Assembly: GCA_017542055.1 (NCBI GenBank)
Contig: JAFXXW010000001.1
Coordinates: 1-59,959 of the forward strand
DNA from: Kiritimatiellia bacterium
GTDB taxonomy: Bacteria > Verrucomicrobiota > Kiritimatiellia > RFP12 > UBA1067
Length of the DNA: 59,959 bases
Direction of reading: 5' to 3'
The first letter of the stretch is position 1. The number at the start of each line of letters is the position of its first letter. The notes beneath the pieces are model-generated. The model worked only from the letters and a program-made list of their open reading frames with translations, did no database searches and had not been told where the DNA came from. The translations under genes were made by a program, and so were the position numbers. Below, piece after piece: positions 27,010 to 37,139 of the stretch.

Positions 27010-27929
27010 TATTTGCCCATCCCGAAGAGTTTGAGGGTTTTCCGGAAATCGGCCGGCAAGGGCGAATGCACCTTGACCGGATTTTTGGGGTCTAGCGGAT
27101 TGGGGAGCTGCAGCGTGGAGGCGTGCAGCATCTGGCGCGGCACCTCCATGAGCCGCAGATCGCGCGCGTTCTTGAGTCCGAACACCCGGTCCCCCACGAT
27201 CGGGAAGCGGACCGACGCCAGGTGCCGGCGGATCTGGTTGGTGCGTCCGGTATCGATGCGCACGCGCAGGAAACTGGCGCCCTGCCCCACGCTCTCGCGC
27301 GCCACATGGCTAGAGGCCGGCTGGTTGTCGAGCGGGCTGTCGATTTCGAGGTGGGCGAACTTGAACTCGCCCGCCACGATCGCGTGGTACGTCTTCTGCA
27401 CCTTGCGCGACTTGAAAACTTCGATGGCGGCAGTGAGCGCGGCGTGGTTTTTGGCGAACATGAGGCAGCCGGTGGTGTCGCGGTCGAGTCGATGCACCGC
27501 CTCCAGGGTGGGAACGTTTTCCTGTTCCCGCAAGAGCGTCTCCACCGACTTCACGTCGTCGCACGAGACGAGTCCGGCGGGCTTGTCGCACACGAGATAG
27601 GCCTCGTCCTGCCAGAGTACGCGAACGTGGCGCTTCTGCGGGGCGGGGGCCGCCTCGCCGCCCTTGCCCGTCCGCGCGCTCTGGGCCTTGGCGCCCTTGA
27701 CCGTCTGCACCGGCACGGCCACCGTGTCGCCGGTGGCGAGGGCGTACCGCGCCATCCACACGCACTTGCGGTTGACCCACACGTTGCGACCGTCGATCAT
27801 CGCCTTGGCGGTGCGGCGCGAAAGACCGAACCGCGCGGCGAGAAAATCCTGCAGCAGTTTGGGATCGTTTTTGCCGACGGCGAGTTCCGTGATGCCGGCG
27901 GCGTGCTGGGGAGCTTTGCGCACGGCCAT
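27009..27929 (-). CDS. RluA-family pseudouridine synthase
   Basis: DKPAGL, HRLDRDTTG, TGRTNQIR, PIVGD, LHA. Confidence 0.92.
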   Translation of the reverse strand: MAVRKAPQHAAGITELAVGKNDPKLLQDFLAARFGLSRRTAKAMIDGRNVWVNRKCVWMARYALATGDTVAVPVQTVKGAKAQSARTGKGGEAAPAPQKRHVRVLWQDEAYLVCDKPAGLVSCDDVKSVETLLREQENVPTLEAVHRLDRDTTGCLMFAKNHAALTAAIEVFKSRKVQKTYHAIVAGEFKFAHLEIDSPLDNQPASSHVARESVGQGASFLRVRIDTGRTNQIRRHLASVRFPIVGDRVFGLKNARDLRLMEVPRQMLHASTLQLPNPLDPKNPVKVHSPLPADFRKTLKLFGMGK

Positions 27930-27930
27930 C

Positions 27931-28647
27931 CTACTTGACCTTCTGGACCGACCCCACCACGCCCTTGATCTTGCGGCCTTGCCGGTTGGGCGCCAGGATG
28001 ACTTCGATCTCCGAGGTTACGCCCGACTCGTCCTCCGCCACCACTCCGGTGACGCTCTTCTCTCCCTCGCGGGCCTTGACGAACTGCTGGGGCAGCGGCT
28101 CGTCGTCGAGATATTCGCCGATGTTGTGCTTGCGCGCCTCTTCCTCGCTCGCGACGTCCATCATCTCCAGGAACGCCTGGTTGCATTCGGTGATCTTGCC
28201 GTCCATGTCGCAGGCGAAAAGCGCGACGGGGCAGATGGAAAACGCCGACTCCTTGGCGCGGAGCATGTCGTTGACCTGGCGGCGACGCTCCACGTTGCGG
28301 ATGGTGAAAACGAGGTCGTCCGGGTCCATGAGGTCGATATCGGAAATCGTCACTTCGCTCTGGAACTTGTTGCCCAGCTTGGACTTGCAGTTGGCGTCGA
28401 TCACGATGTGGCGCTGCTCGGCGAGACCCTGGCGGATGCGCTGCACCAGCTCCGCGCTGAGGCCGGGAATGAGATTGCCGATGGGCTTGTCGATGACTTC
28501 GTCGATGATGTAGCCGAAGTATTCCTCCGCGCGCGGATTGATCTCCAGGATGTAGCCGTTGGGATCGGTGATGACTACGGCATCGTACATGCCCGTCAGG
28601 AACTGGCGGAACAGCGACTTGCGGTCTTTAGGGATGAATAGTGCCAT
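27931..28647 (-). CDS. Stand-alone tandem PAS domain protein
   Basis: YDAVVITDPNGYILEINPRAEEYFGY and ALFACDMDGKITECNQAF; no kinase domain. Confidence 0.8.
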   Translation of the reverse strand: MALFIPKDRKSLFRQFLTGMYDAVVITDPNGYILEINPRAEEYFGYIIDEVIDKPIGNLIPGLSAELVQRIRQGLAEQRHIVIDANCKSKLGNKFQSEVTISDIDLMDPDDLVFTIRNVERRRQVNDMLRAKESAFSICPVALFACDMDGKITECNQAFLEMMDVASEEEARKHNIGEYLDDEPLPQQFVKAREGEKSVTGVVAEDESGVTSEIEVILAPNRQGRKIKGVVGSVQKVK

Positions 28648-28658
28648 ACTTGCCGTAT

Positions 28659-28688
28659 ATTATATCATTTTTTGGCCCGGTTTGGCAA
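28659..28688 (-). promoter_or_regulatory. sigma70 promoter for the PAS gene
   Basis: TTGCCA-N18-TATAAT with TG. Confidence 0.65.
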
Positions 28689-29382
28689 GCGATTTTTTCA
28701 AATCCGACAAAACAAGCTCGGCCAACTTGAGCCCGAAAGCGGCGGTTACCGTCATCACCGACCCCCGGCCGGCCTGCTCGCCGACGAGCGGGGCTTCGGC
28801 GGAATATACGCAAACGAACGGCTTTTCCGGCATTCCGCCCGTTTGGCGGAAGCGATTCCGGAGCGCCTTGGCGAGTCCGTCCCCCGCCACCTGGCGGAAT
28901 TCGGCCGACCGGACCGAAGCGGGATCGAGCCGGAGCGCCGCCCCCATGGAGGAAAAAAGCGTCACGCCCGGGCAGGCCGTAGCGCCCGCGATGAGCGCCG
29001 CCTTGTCCGCCACGCTGTCGATGGCGTCGATGACGTAGTCGAACCGGTCCAGCCCGAATTCCGGCAGGCTCGCCGCATCCACCCGGCGCGCCAGCGCGTC
29101 GATTTCCGCATCGGGGCCGAAGGACAGGAGGCGACGCTTCATGGCCTCCACCTTGAGTTCGCCCAGCGTGCCGGTTTCCGCCATCGCCTGGCGGTTGAAA
29201 TTGGAGGGGGCCACCCGGTCGAAATCGACGAGCGTCAGATGTTTGAGTCCGGTCCGGACGAGCGCCTCGGCGCACCAGCTGCCCACGCCGCCCGTGCCGA
29301 ACACGATCACCCGCGTTCGCGCGAGCGCGTCGATTGTCGCCTGGCCCAGCACCAAAGCCGAGCGCGAAAGCCTTTCGTCCAT
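28660..29382 (-). CDS. tcdA: tRNA threonylcarbamoyladenosine dehydratase (ThiF family)
   Basis: GTGGVGSW, DFD...SN.NRQ, DYVIDAID, SSMGA, VYSAE. Confidence 0.85.
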   Translation of the reverse strand: MDERLSRSALVLGQATIDALARTRVIVFGTGGVGSWCAEALVRTGLKHLTLVDFDRVAPSNFNRQAMAETGTLGELKVEAMKRRLLSFGPDAEIDALARRVDAASLPEFGLDRFDYVIDAIDSVADKAALIAGATACPGVTLFSSMGAALRLDPASVRSAEFRQVAGDGLAKALRNRFRQTGGMPEKPFVCVYSAEAPLVGEQAGRGSVMTVTAAFGLKLAELVLSDLKKSLAKPGQKMI

Positions 29383-29410
29383 GTGGTATCGTCCTTATTG
29401 GTTTCGGCGC

Positions 29411-29778
29411 GGAAATGCGGAGACGGAGTAAGCCGGATTCTGTTCTAACCGGTCATTCATCTGCGCAATCAACCCGGGGTCTCAAGCCGTTCCTTGCGGT
29501 CCGGCGCCGGACGGGCAGCCCGTCGACCCCCTATTTGATCTTGCTCCGAGGAGGGTTTGCCTGTTGCGGGCCTCCCTCGCGGGCGACCCCGGTGGGCTCT
29601 TGCCCCACCCCTTTCACCTATCGCCGGATCTCGCGAACCGGCTGTCTGATCTCTGCGGCACTTTCCGTCAACCGGGTTTGCCCCGGTTCCCGAGGCCATT
29701 ACAGCCTCGCCCTCCGCCCTGTGGAGTCCGGACTTTCCTCAGCCTTGCGGCCGCGATCGGTCCCGCCCCCGCATTTCC
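29411..29778 (-). ncRNA. rnpB: RNase P RNA, class A
   Basis: Minus strand GAGGAAAGTCCGGACTC, AGTGCCGCAGAGA, GAGCAAG and AACAGAATCCGGCTTA; P1 pairing GGAAATGCGG / CCGCATTTCC. Confidence 0.95.
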
Positions 29779-29793
29779 GCGTCAAAAACTGCT

Positions 29794-30504
29794 TCAGTCG
29801 CGATACAGAATGCGGCCGCACATCGTGCACGCCACCATGTCGGTATTGCGATCGACCATCTGCGCCACGTGGGGCGGCTGCACCAGATGGCACCCGCCGC
29901 ACACGCCCTCGCCGGTGAGCGGCACCACCACCGGCCACCGCTTGGTCTTGATGCGCTCGTAGTAGAGGCGCATCTTGGAAAATTCCGGACCCTGCAGCTC
30001 GCGCACCTTCTCCGCGCGCTCCGCCTGGGCCTCCTTGAGCATGCCCTCCACCAGCGCGATGCGATCGGTTATCACCTGGCACGAGGCGTCCACGCCCGTC
30101 TTTTCCGCATCGTACTTTTCCTGCGCCACCTTGATGTTGTTGTCGGCGGTGGGGATGTCGTCCATCACCGCCAGCTGACGGTTTTCCGTGGCCTCCAGAT
30201 CGTGCGAAACGAGATCGATCTGCATGGAGTACTGCGCATATTCCTTGTTGGACTTGAGCCCCGCCTGGGTGGTCCGGAGCCCCGAAATCTTCTCCTTGAG
30301 CGCGGCCGCCTCCGCTTCCAGATTGGCGATTTGGTTCTGCACGTATTCGCGCGATGCCTTGGCTGCCTTGAGATCCGCCTCGAGTCCTTTCAGCCGCGCC
30401 TCTTCCAGGGCCTTGCGCCGGGGAAGATCCTTGAGCTCCAACTCGAGCTCGCGAATCCGTCCATCGATTTCCTGCAACTCTATCAGCGGCTGTACTTTAG
30501 TCAC
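29794..30504 (-). CDS. Coiled-coil plus C4 zinc-ribbon protein (CT398 / zf-RING_7 family)
   Basis: LIELQEID, long coiled coil, CGGC...CTMCGRIL; usual position upstream of rnpB. Confidence 0.88.
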   Translation of the reverse strand: MTKVQPLIELQEIDGRIRELELELKDLPRRKALEEARLKGLEADLKAAKASREYVQNQIANLEAEAAALKEKISGLRTTQAGLKSNKEYAQYSMQIDLVSHDLEATENRQLAVMDDIPTADNNIKVAQEKYDAEKTGVDASCQVITDRIALVEGMLKEAQAERAEKVRELQGPEFSKMRLYYERIKTKRWPVVVPLTGEGVCGGCHLVQPPHVAQMVDRNTDMVACTMCGRILYRD

Positions 30505-30534
30505 GTTTCAACTCCTTTTCAAATGCACCGAACT

Positions 30535-30612
30535 TGGGGCAGGAGACGGGACTCGAACCCGCAACCCACAGAATCACAATCTGTTGATCTAACCAATTGA
30601 TCTACTCCCGCC
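30535..30612 (-). tRNA. tRNA-His(GTG)
   Basis: Cloverleaf with G-1, anticodon loop TTGTGAT, TTCGA, CCA end. Confidence 0.93.
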
Positions 30613-30615
30613 ATC

Positions 30616-30691
30616 TGGAGCCAGGTAAGGGACTCGAACCCCCGACCTGCTCATTACGAATGAGCCGCACTACCAACTGTGCTAACCTGGC
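30616..30691 (-). tRNA. tRNA-Thr(CGT)
   Basis: Anticodon arm GCTCA-TTCGTAA-TGAGC; CCA end. Confidence 0.93.
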
Positions 30692-30709
30692 CTGTGTGAT
30701 TGAGTATAT

Positions 30710-30739
30710 ATTATATCATATTTACGCCCTAAAAGTCAA
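30710..30739 (-). promoter_or_regulatory. sigma70 promoter for the tRNA-Thr/His operon
   Basis: TTGACT-N18-TATAAT with TG. Confidence 0.75.
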
Positions 30740-30761
30740 GGGGGTAAATGAAAATTCTTTC

Positions 30762-31835
30762 TCAGGCCGGGCGCGGCAAGGCCACGCGATTGCCGGGCAG
30801 GAAGCGCAAACGGCCCTTGAGCCGGAGCGCCATGCAGAGCGACGCCACCTTGGACGCGTCCAGATGCGCCAACGCCGCCAGCCGGTCCATCGCGATGCCC
30901 TCCAGGTCCACCTGCCGCATGATCAGCGACTCTTCCAGCGAGAACGCGGGCGCGGCGTTTTCCGGCTTGGCCGCCGTCTCCGCCGGAGCCGCCTCAATCC
31001 CCAGTTCCGCGCAGACGTCGTCCGCGTTCCGGATCATCCGGGCTCCATCGGCGATGAGATTTAGACATCCTTGGCTGGTGCGTGAATCCACCCGGCCGGG
31101 CAAGGCCATCACAGAACGCCCCAGATCGAGCGCGTCCCGGCAGGTCAGGAGCGTACCGGACCTGACCGGCGCCTCCACCGCCACCACTCCCAGCGACAGT
31201 CCCGCCACCACTTGGTTGCGGATGGGAAAGGTGGTGGTGTCGCATTCGCGGCCGAACGGGAACTGGCTGACCACCGCCCCGCCCCGCTTGATGATGTCGC
31301 GGGCGAGCGGACGGTTCTGTTCGGGATAGAATCGATCCAATGCCGACCCGATCACGCCGATCGTCACGCCCTCGCCCGCCAGCGCCCCCTGATGCGAGGC
31401 CGCATCGATGCCGAGCGCCAGCCCCGACACCACCGCCACGCCGCGCGCTGCGAGTCCCTTGGCGATGAGAAACGCCTGATCGGCGCCGTAGGCGGTGGCC
31501 TTGCGCGTGCCCACCATCGCCACGCAGGGGAGGGAAAGCGCCGCCACCGAGCCTTTGACGTAGAGGCAGAGGGGATGGCTGGGGCACTTGGCGAGGAGCG
31601 GAGGATATTCGGGATCGAGCGGGGTCAAGAGTCTCACGCCGTAGCGCTTGGCCAACGCTTCCTCCTCCGCCACGTCGATCGGCCGGCCGCTGCGCGAAAC
31701 GCGCTTTTCCTCCGGCATGTTCTCCCAGGCCGCCGCCGCCGAACCGAATTCCGTTTCGAGCCGGGCCAGCGTGGCGCTGCCGATCTTGTCGGTCAGGTTG
31801 AAGGCGATGCAGGCTTGGCGTTCGGTCATGCTCAT
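30762..31835 (-). CDS. dprA: DNA-processing protein DprA
   Basis: AMVGTRKAT.YG, VSGLALGID, FPIRNQVVAGLS, SGTL; start MSMTERQ. Confidence 0.95.
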   Translation of the reverse strand: MSMTERQACIAFNLTDKIGSATLARLETEFGSAAAAWENMPEEKRVSRSGRPIDVAEEEALAKRYGVRLLTPLDPEYPPLLAKCPSHPLCLYVKGSVAALSLPCVAMVGTRKATAYGADQAFLIAKGLAARGVAVVSGLALGIDAASHQGALAGEGVTIGVIGSALDRFYPEQNRPLARDIIKRGGAVVSQFPFGRECDTTTFPIRNQVVAGLSLGVVAVEAPVRSGTLLTCRDALDLGRSVMALPGRVDSRTSQGCLNLIADGARMIRNADDVCAELGIEAAPAETAAKPENAAPAFSLEESLIMRQVDLEGIAMDRLAALAHLDASKVASLCMALRLKGRLRFLPGNRVALPRPA

Positions 31836-33079
31836 TGTTTGCGCGGGAGGCTGTAGGCGGCGAACAGCGTCAGGAGCAGCGGCAGGAGCATGGCGTCCAA
31901 GGCGACGAACTTGATCGCTTCGCGCCACTCGACGCATTCCTTTTCCGCCAGTTTTTCGACGGGATTGACGGCGCTCGCGGGATGCGTGGCCTCCATCGCG
32001 AGGCGAGACAGGAAAAGTCCGACGGCGTCGATGCGGTCGCGCTCCAGCTCGTCGGGGTATTGCTCGATGACGCTGGGGCTCATCTCCGCCAGCACCAAAG
32101 CCACTACCGCCACGAAAACCGCCACCGGCCGGCCCAAAAACGCCGAAAGCGTCACCGAAAACGCCGCCAGCAGCATCAACAACGCCGCCAGCTCCACCCA
32201 GGCGCGCAGCAGATTGGCCCCGAAGCCGCCGGCCGGCACCAGCAGTTCGATATCCTTGCGGGGCCGGAGCAGCACCGACTCCTTGCCGGTATTGGCGAAA
32301 GCCAGAGTGTCGCCTCCGGGGTTGCCCGCGAGATCGAACACGCACACGGCCTGGGTGATGTTGTCCACCGGAGCCGCCGCCTGGCCCAGCGTCAACCGTC
32401 CGGCGATGCGCCGGCGCTGGTCGTAGAGATTGGCGAACCTAAGACGCACCGCCACCGACTCCGGATCCGCCGGCAGCTTGAAGCGCCACGATTCCGTCTC
32501 GCCGGCCGCCACCACCTGGTAGCGATCGATCGCGCGCTGCGCCAGGAGTCGCAAAATCACCGCTTTGGGCGCGCGACGGATTTCCGGCGGGGTTTCCGGT
32601 TCGTTGATGAAGGCGTCGTAGACGGCGGCAGCCTCTTCGCGGGGACTGGGCATCGCGGGTCTCAGCACGTGCGAGCACCCCCCGGCCGCCAGCGTGGCGT
32701 GCGGCACCGCGACCAGATAGACCAGAAACGCCACCGCCAGCACGAACGAAAACACCGCGCCCAAGGCCAGAATGCGACCCGCCACCACCGTGAACGACCC
32801 CACCGGACGCACGAGCGTCAACTGCAGGCGATGCGTTTCGCGTTCGCGGGCGAGGGACCCGGCGCCGGTTATCAGCATGGTCAGCGAGAGAATGGCCGCC
32901 GCGCCGCCCAGGGCGTATTTGAGCATCAGTGCCTCGGCGCCCTCCGTAGTGCCGTCGCCCCGCACCAGCTGCGGCGCCAGCAGCACCCAGGCGTTGACCG
33001 CCAGCATCAGCAAGGCGAACGTCTTGCCGCGCAGCAGTCCCAGCACCTCAAGCGAGAAAATCCGCCAGCCTGAACTCAT
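31832..33079 (-). CDS. ABC-2 type permease-like membrane protein
   Basis: LARERETHRLQLTLVRPV motif, TM helices; adjacent to an ABC ATPase. Confidence 0.7.
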   Translation of the reverse strand: MSSGWRIFSLEVLGLLRGKTFALLMLAVNAWVLLAPQLVRGDGTTEGAEALMLKYALGGAAAILSLTMLITGAGSLARERETHRLQLTLVRPVGSFTVVAGRILALGAVFSFVLAVAFLVYLVAVPHATLAAGGCSHVLRPAMPSPREEAAAVYDAFINEPETPPEIRRAPKAVILRLLAQRAIDRYQVVAAGETESWRFKLPADPESVAVRLRFANLYDQRRRIAGRLTLGQAAAPVDNITQAVCVFDLAGNPGGDTLAFANTGKESVLLRPRKDIELLVPAGGFGANLLRAWVELAALLMLLAAFSVTLSAFLGRPVAVFVAVVALVLAEMSPSVIEQYPDELERDRIDAVGLFLSRLAMEATHPASAVNPVEKLAEKECVEWREAIKFVALDAMLLPLLLTLFAAYSLPRKQ

Positions 33080-33800
33080 CCGCGTCTCCCACCTTGGCCA
33101 GGAAAAATTCTTCCAGACTCGACCCCAATTCGCTCACTTTGCCTTCCGCCACCGCCTTGCCCCGGTCGAGAATCATCACCCGGTCGCAAATGTCCTCGGC
33201 GTCCGACAGCAGATGCGAAGTGGTAAGGACGGTCATGCCGTTTTTCGCCAGCGCCTTGACGAGCGTCTTCACCTCCTTGGTCGACACGGGGTCGAGCCCC
33301 GACGTTGGCTCGTCCAGCACCAGCAGTTCCGGCTTGCCGATGAGCGCGGAGGCCAGCGCCACGCGTCGGGCCATGCCTTTGGAAAATCCGCCCACCGGCC
33401 GGTTGGACACCTCTTCCAGCTTGACCATTGCGAGGAGTTCCCGGGCGCGCGCGGCGGCCTCGCGGCGATCGAGTCCGCACAGTCCCGCATAATACTTGAG
33501 CGTTTCCGTGGGCGTGAGGAACGGATGGAGATAGCTCAATTCCGGCAGATATCCCAGCTTGCGCCGGGCCTCGACGGAACGCGGGGAGAGTCCGAACAGG
33601 CTCACCTTGCCGGCGGTGGGCTTGAGCAGCCCCAAAATCATTTTTATGGTGGTGGACTTGCCGGATCCGTTGGGTCCCAACAGTCCGAACACCTCGCCCT
33701 TCTCCACCTCGAGGTCGAGTCCCGCCACCGCCTCCACCGTAGGCCGCAGCCAGAAGTCGCGGAACGTCTTGCGCACCGATTCAAGCGATATCACATTCAT
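33048..33800 (-). CDS. ABC transporter ATP-binding protein
   Basis: GPNGSGKST, FSKGM, LDEPTSGLDP, SH. Confidence 0.95.
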   Translation of the reverse strand: MNVISLESVRKTFRDFWLRPTVEAVAGLDLEVEKGEVFGLLGPNGSGKSTTIKMILGLLKPTAGKVSLFGLSPRSVEARRKLGYLPELSYLHPFLTPTETLKYYAGLCGLDRREAAARARELLAMVKLEEVSNRPVGGFSKGMARRVALASALIGKPELLVLDEPTSGLDPVSTKEVKTLVKALAKNGMTVLTTSHLLSDAEDICDRVMILDRGKAVAEGKVSELGSSLEEFFLAKVGDADEFRLADFLA

Positions 33801-34617
33801 CGAAAAAGACCACTCCGAGATATACGAACAACAACACGGCAGGCAACACCGCCCACAGTTTGAGAAAAGGAAACTGCACCAGCACCACCAGCGCCGCCAG
33901 CGATCCGGCCACGTTGGTCCGGAAACGCGCGGCGAAGGCGCAAGCGGCCGACAGATACGCCAAGGCCGGCAGCGCAGCGGCCAACATATCCCCGGCGTGG
34001 TCGAGATAGAGCGGAAAGTCCGGCCGGTAGCCGAGTCCGGCGATCGAAATCGCCAGCGCCAGCAGATTGGCGGTGAGCACGAACCGGAAGCGGAAAAACC
34101 GGTTGAGCACCGCCCCGGCCACGAGCGGAATCACCGTTCCCGCCAGCCCCAAGGCAACCGAGGGGCCCCAAATCCGCATAAGCGCCCCCGTACCCTCCAC
34201 GATGCGACCGCCGATGGCCGCGCCGTTGACCATGACGAGCGAAACCGACGAAACCGTCAAGGCGAACACGCCGTACGCCAACGCCACCCCGGCCGTCTTG
34301 GCCGCGAAAAACGCCGCCCGGCCGACGCCATGGCTAAGACAGACCGTCGCCGTGCCCGATTCGATCTCGCGGCGAAAGGTTTTGACGGCTGCGAACACGG
34401 CCAGAATCGCCCCGAGCGCCATCAACGCGGAGATGCCGGCGTCGCGCGCCATGCGCGTGGGCTCGCCGAACTGGTGATAGTGGAAAGTGGGCGCCAACAC
34501 GGCCAGCAGCTGCGCCACCAAGGTCATCAATAAAGCAAGCGGCTCTGAAAGAACTTCCAGAGCCGTCACTTTGATTATGGCAAGCTTGTCAGAACCAAAT
34601 GCGCTGGCAAGCTTCAT
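33781..34617 (-). CDS. ABC transporter permease
   Basis: REIESGT motif; 6 or more TM helices. Confidence 0.7.
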   Translation of the reverse strand: MKLASAFGSDKLAIIKVTALEVLSEPLALLMTLVAQLLAVLAPTFHYHQFGEPTRMARDAGISALMALGAILAVFAAVKTFRREIESGTATVCLSHGVGRAAFFAAKTAGVALAYGVFALTVSSVSLVMVNGAAIGGRIVEGTGALMRIWGPSVALGLAGTVIPLVAGAVLNRFFRFRFVLTANLLALAISIAGLGYRPDFPLYLDHAGDMLAAALPALAYLSAACAFAARFRTNVAGSLAALVVLVQFPFLKLWAVLPAVLLFVYLGVVFFDECDIA

Positions 34618-35797
34618 AAAGCAGATACCCGAGCGCGCCCATCGCCACGCAAGCGGCCGCCTGGACGACCGTGCTCACGGTAACCAGCGCCGAAGACACG
34701 TCCGCAGCAGCAGCCGGAGCCGCCGGCAAAGGCGGAATGTCCGGAATGTCGGCGATGTCCGGAATGTCGGCCACCGCGCCACCCGCCGGTGCCGCCACCG
34801 GAGTCGGACGCTTGAGCGTGGTGGCGTTGTCGGACGCACCGGGCTTCTTGATGGCGAACTTGGTGTTGGCCGGGCGGGCTCCGCCGGGAGCCGGCCGGGT
34901 GATTTTCAAAGTCTTGCGCTGGGTGAGCGTGGGGTCTTCCGCGACCGCGGGAGCAGCCGGGGCAGCGGCCGGAGCGGCAGGCGCGGGAGCCGGCGCGGGG
35001 GCGGCGGAGGCCGCCGGCGACGGCGCCAGATTGACCGGCCGCTTGATGCGGATGGTCTTCATGGGCGTCGGTTCCTTGACCGGCGCCACACCCATCGCGT
35101 CCGAAAGCGAAATGCGCGCCGTCTTGGACTTGGCGGCCTGCTTCTGGGCGTTGGTGGGCTCGGCGGCGGAACCGTCGGCCGCGATGATACCCGTCTTGTG
35201 CAAAATAGCTTGCTGGGGAACCTGCTGGGTGATTCCCTTCAGCTTCTGCGTAACGCTCTTCAAAGCCTCCATCGGCTTGGGCGCGTCGGCCACGCTTTCG
35301 CGGGCGGGTGCCGCCGCAGCAGCCGGCGCCGGAGTAGGCGCGGGAGCGGGTGTTGCCGCAGGGGCCGGAGCGACAGGTGCGGGCGCGGGAGCCGGCGCCG
35401 GAGCGGCGGCCACCGGCGCGGCAGGAGCCACCGGCGAAGAAGGCCTCACCACCGGAGTGGCGGGAATCGCACCCGGCTTGCGGATGACCGGCTTGGCCGG
35501 GATGTTGGGACGCAACGCCGCGCCCACCGCCGGACCTCTGACCGTGTTGATGGGACGAGGCGCGGCCTGAGTGGCAGCGGCCGCAGGTGCGGCAGGCGCA
35601 CCCGGCTTGGGCGGGAGCTTGATTCCAGCCGCCAATCCCGGCTTGGGCGGGAGTTTCAGCCCCGCGGCCAGCCCCGGCTTGGGCGGGAGCTTGAGCCCCG
35701 CGGCCAATCCCGGCTTGGGAGGAAGTTTGAGTCCCGGCTTAATGAGCGGGCTTACTTTAGGCGGCACATTAGCCGCAGCAGGAGTTTCATCGGCCAT
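34589..35797 (-). CDS. Pro/Ala/Lys-rich low-complexity protein with C-terminal TM anchor
   Basis: Start MADET with GGAGG RBS; KLPPKPGLAAG repeats, KSKTARISL, KTIRIKRP and KTLKITRP motifs. Confidence 0.75.
   Translation of the reverse strand: MADETPAAANVPPKVSPLIKPGLKLPPKPGLAAGLKLPPKPGLAAGLKLPPKPGLAAGIKLPPKPGAPAAPAAAATQAAPRPINTVRGPAVGAALRPNIPAKPVIRKPGAIPATPVVRPSSPVAPAAPVAAAPAPAPAPAPVAPAPAATPAPAPTPAPAAAAAPARESVADAPKPMEALKSVTQKLKGITQQVPQQAILHKTGIIAADGSAAEPTNAQKQAAKSKTARISLSDAMGVAPVKEPTPMKTIRIKRPVNLAPSPAASAAPAPAPAPAAPAAAPAAPAVAEDPTLTQRKTLKITRPAPGGARPANTKFAIKKPGASDNATTLKRPTPVAAPAGGAVADIPDIADIPDIPPLPAAPAAAADVSSALVTVSTVVQAAACVAMGALGYLLYEACQRIWF
35601..35740. repeat. 36-bp coding tandem repeat (3 units plus a partial)
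   Basis: CCCGGCTTGGGCGGGAG... recurs at 35601, 35637, 35673 and 35709. Confidence 0.85.
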
Positions 35798-35798
35798 A

Positions 35799-36362
35799 TC
35801 AAACCTCCATAACTTCCTTTTCCTTGGATTTGAGTTCGGCATCGATTTTGGCGATGCCCTCGTCCGTAGCTTTCTGGATGCGATCCAGTCCCTGTTTCAT
35901 GTCGTCCTCGGAAATCTTCTTGTCCTTCTCCAGCTTCTTGACCGCTTCGTTGGCGTCGCGCCGCACGTTACGCATGGCCACCTTCTGGGCCTCGGCCTGG
36001 GTCTTGGCCACCTTGACGATCTCTTTGCGGCGCTGCTCGTTGAGTTCCGGCACCGTGATGCGCAACACCTTGCCGTCGGTCTGGGGCGTCACCCCGATGT
36101 TGGCCGCGAGGATGGCCTTGTTCATGGCGTCGAGCACGGTGGGGTCGAACGGCGTGATCTTGATTTGGCGGGCTTCCGGCGTGGAGATCGTGCCCAGGTT
36201 CTTGATGGGTGTGGGCATGCCGTAGTAGTCGACCTTGATGCTGTCGACCATTGCGGGCGAGGCCTTGCCGGTTCTGAGGCCGGAAAACTGGTTCTTGAGC
36301 GCCTCGAAACTCTTCTGGATCTTGACGTTGGTGTCGTTCAGTACTTCTGCTACGGTTTCCAT
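35799..36362 (-). CDS. frr: Ribosome recycling factor
   Basis: LRTGKASP, VDYYG, PELNEQRR, RNVRRDAN. Confidence 0.97.
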   Translation of the reverse strand: METVAEVLNDTNVKIQKSFEALKNQFSGLRTGKASPAMVDSIKVDYYGMPTPIKNLGTISTPEARQIKITPFDPTVLDAMNKAILAANIGVTPQTDGKVLRITVPELNEQRRKEIVKVAKTQAEAQKVAMRNVRRDANEAVKKLEKDKKISEDDMKQGLDRIQKATDEGIAKIDAELKSKEKEVMEV

Positions 36363-36368
36363 GGTGGT

Positions 36369-37104
36369 TTACTCTCCGGTTACAAGCGTGCCGACGGTTT
36401 CGCCTTTGACCACGCGTTCAAGCGCGTCGCCGTCGAAGAAATCGAAAACGATGATGGGGATGTCGTTGTCCATGCACAGCGCGAACGCCGCGCTGTCCAT
36501 CACCTTGAGCCGCTTTTCGAGCGCGGTCTCGTACTTGAGCGTGGCGTACTTCTTGGCCTTGGGATCCTTCTTGGGGTCGGCCGTGTAGATGCCGTCCACC
36601 TTGGTCGCCTTGAGGAGCGCGTCCGCGCCGATTTCGCTGGCCCTGAGCGCCGCGGCGGAATCGGTGGAGAAATACGGGTTGCCGGTGCCGCCCGCGAAGA
36701 TGCACACCACGCCCTTCTCGAGGTGCGAGATGGCCTTGCGATGGATGAACGGCTCGGCCAGCTTGTCGATGGAGATGGACGTCATCACCCGCGTGGGCAC
36801 GCCGATGGACTCCAGCGCGTTCATCATGGCGAGACCGTTGATGACCGTGGCCAGCATGCCCATCGAATCGCCGGTGACGCGATTGACGCCCTTGTTGGCG
36901 CCTTGCAGACCGCGAAAGATGTTGCCGCCTCCGAGGACGATCCCCACCTGCACGCCGAGCTTGTGGATTTTCTTCACGCGCTCGGCCATGAACGCAAGAT
37001 TGTCGGGGTCGATGCACTCCCCGGTTTCCTTGTTGCCCAGCACCTCTCCCGAAAGTTTCAGGAGGATGCGCTTGTACTTCAAACGGGTACTTTTAGATTT
37101 CACG
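36369..37104 (-). CDS. pyrH: UMP kinase
   Basis: KRILLKLSGE, GGGNIFRG, GTGNPYFSTD; GTG start near 37104 inferred, just after the promoter. Confidence 0.96.
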
Positions 37105-37110
37105 GTATAT

Positions 37111-37139
37111 ATTATACTAAATTTTGGCGAGTTTGGCAA
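37111..37139 (-). promoter_or_regulatory. sigma70 promoter for pyrH-frr
   Basis: TTGCCA-N17-TATAAT. Confidence 0.7.
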
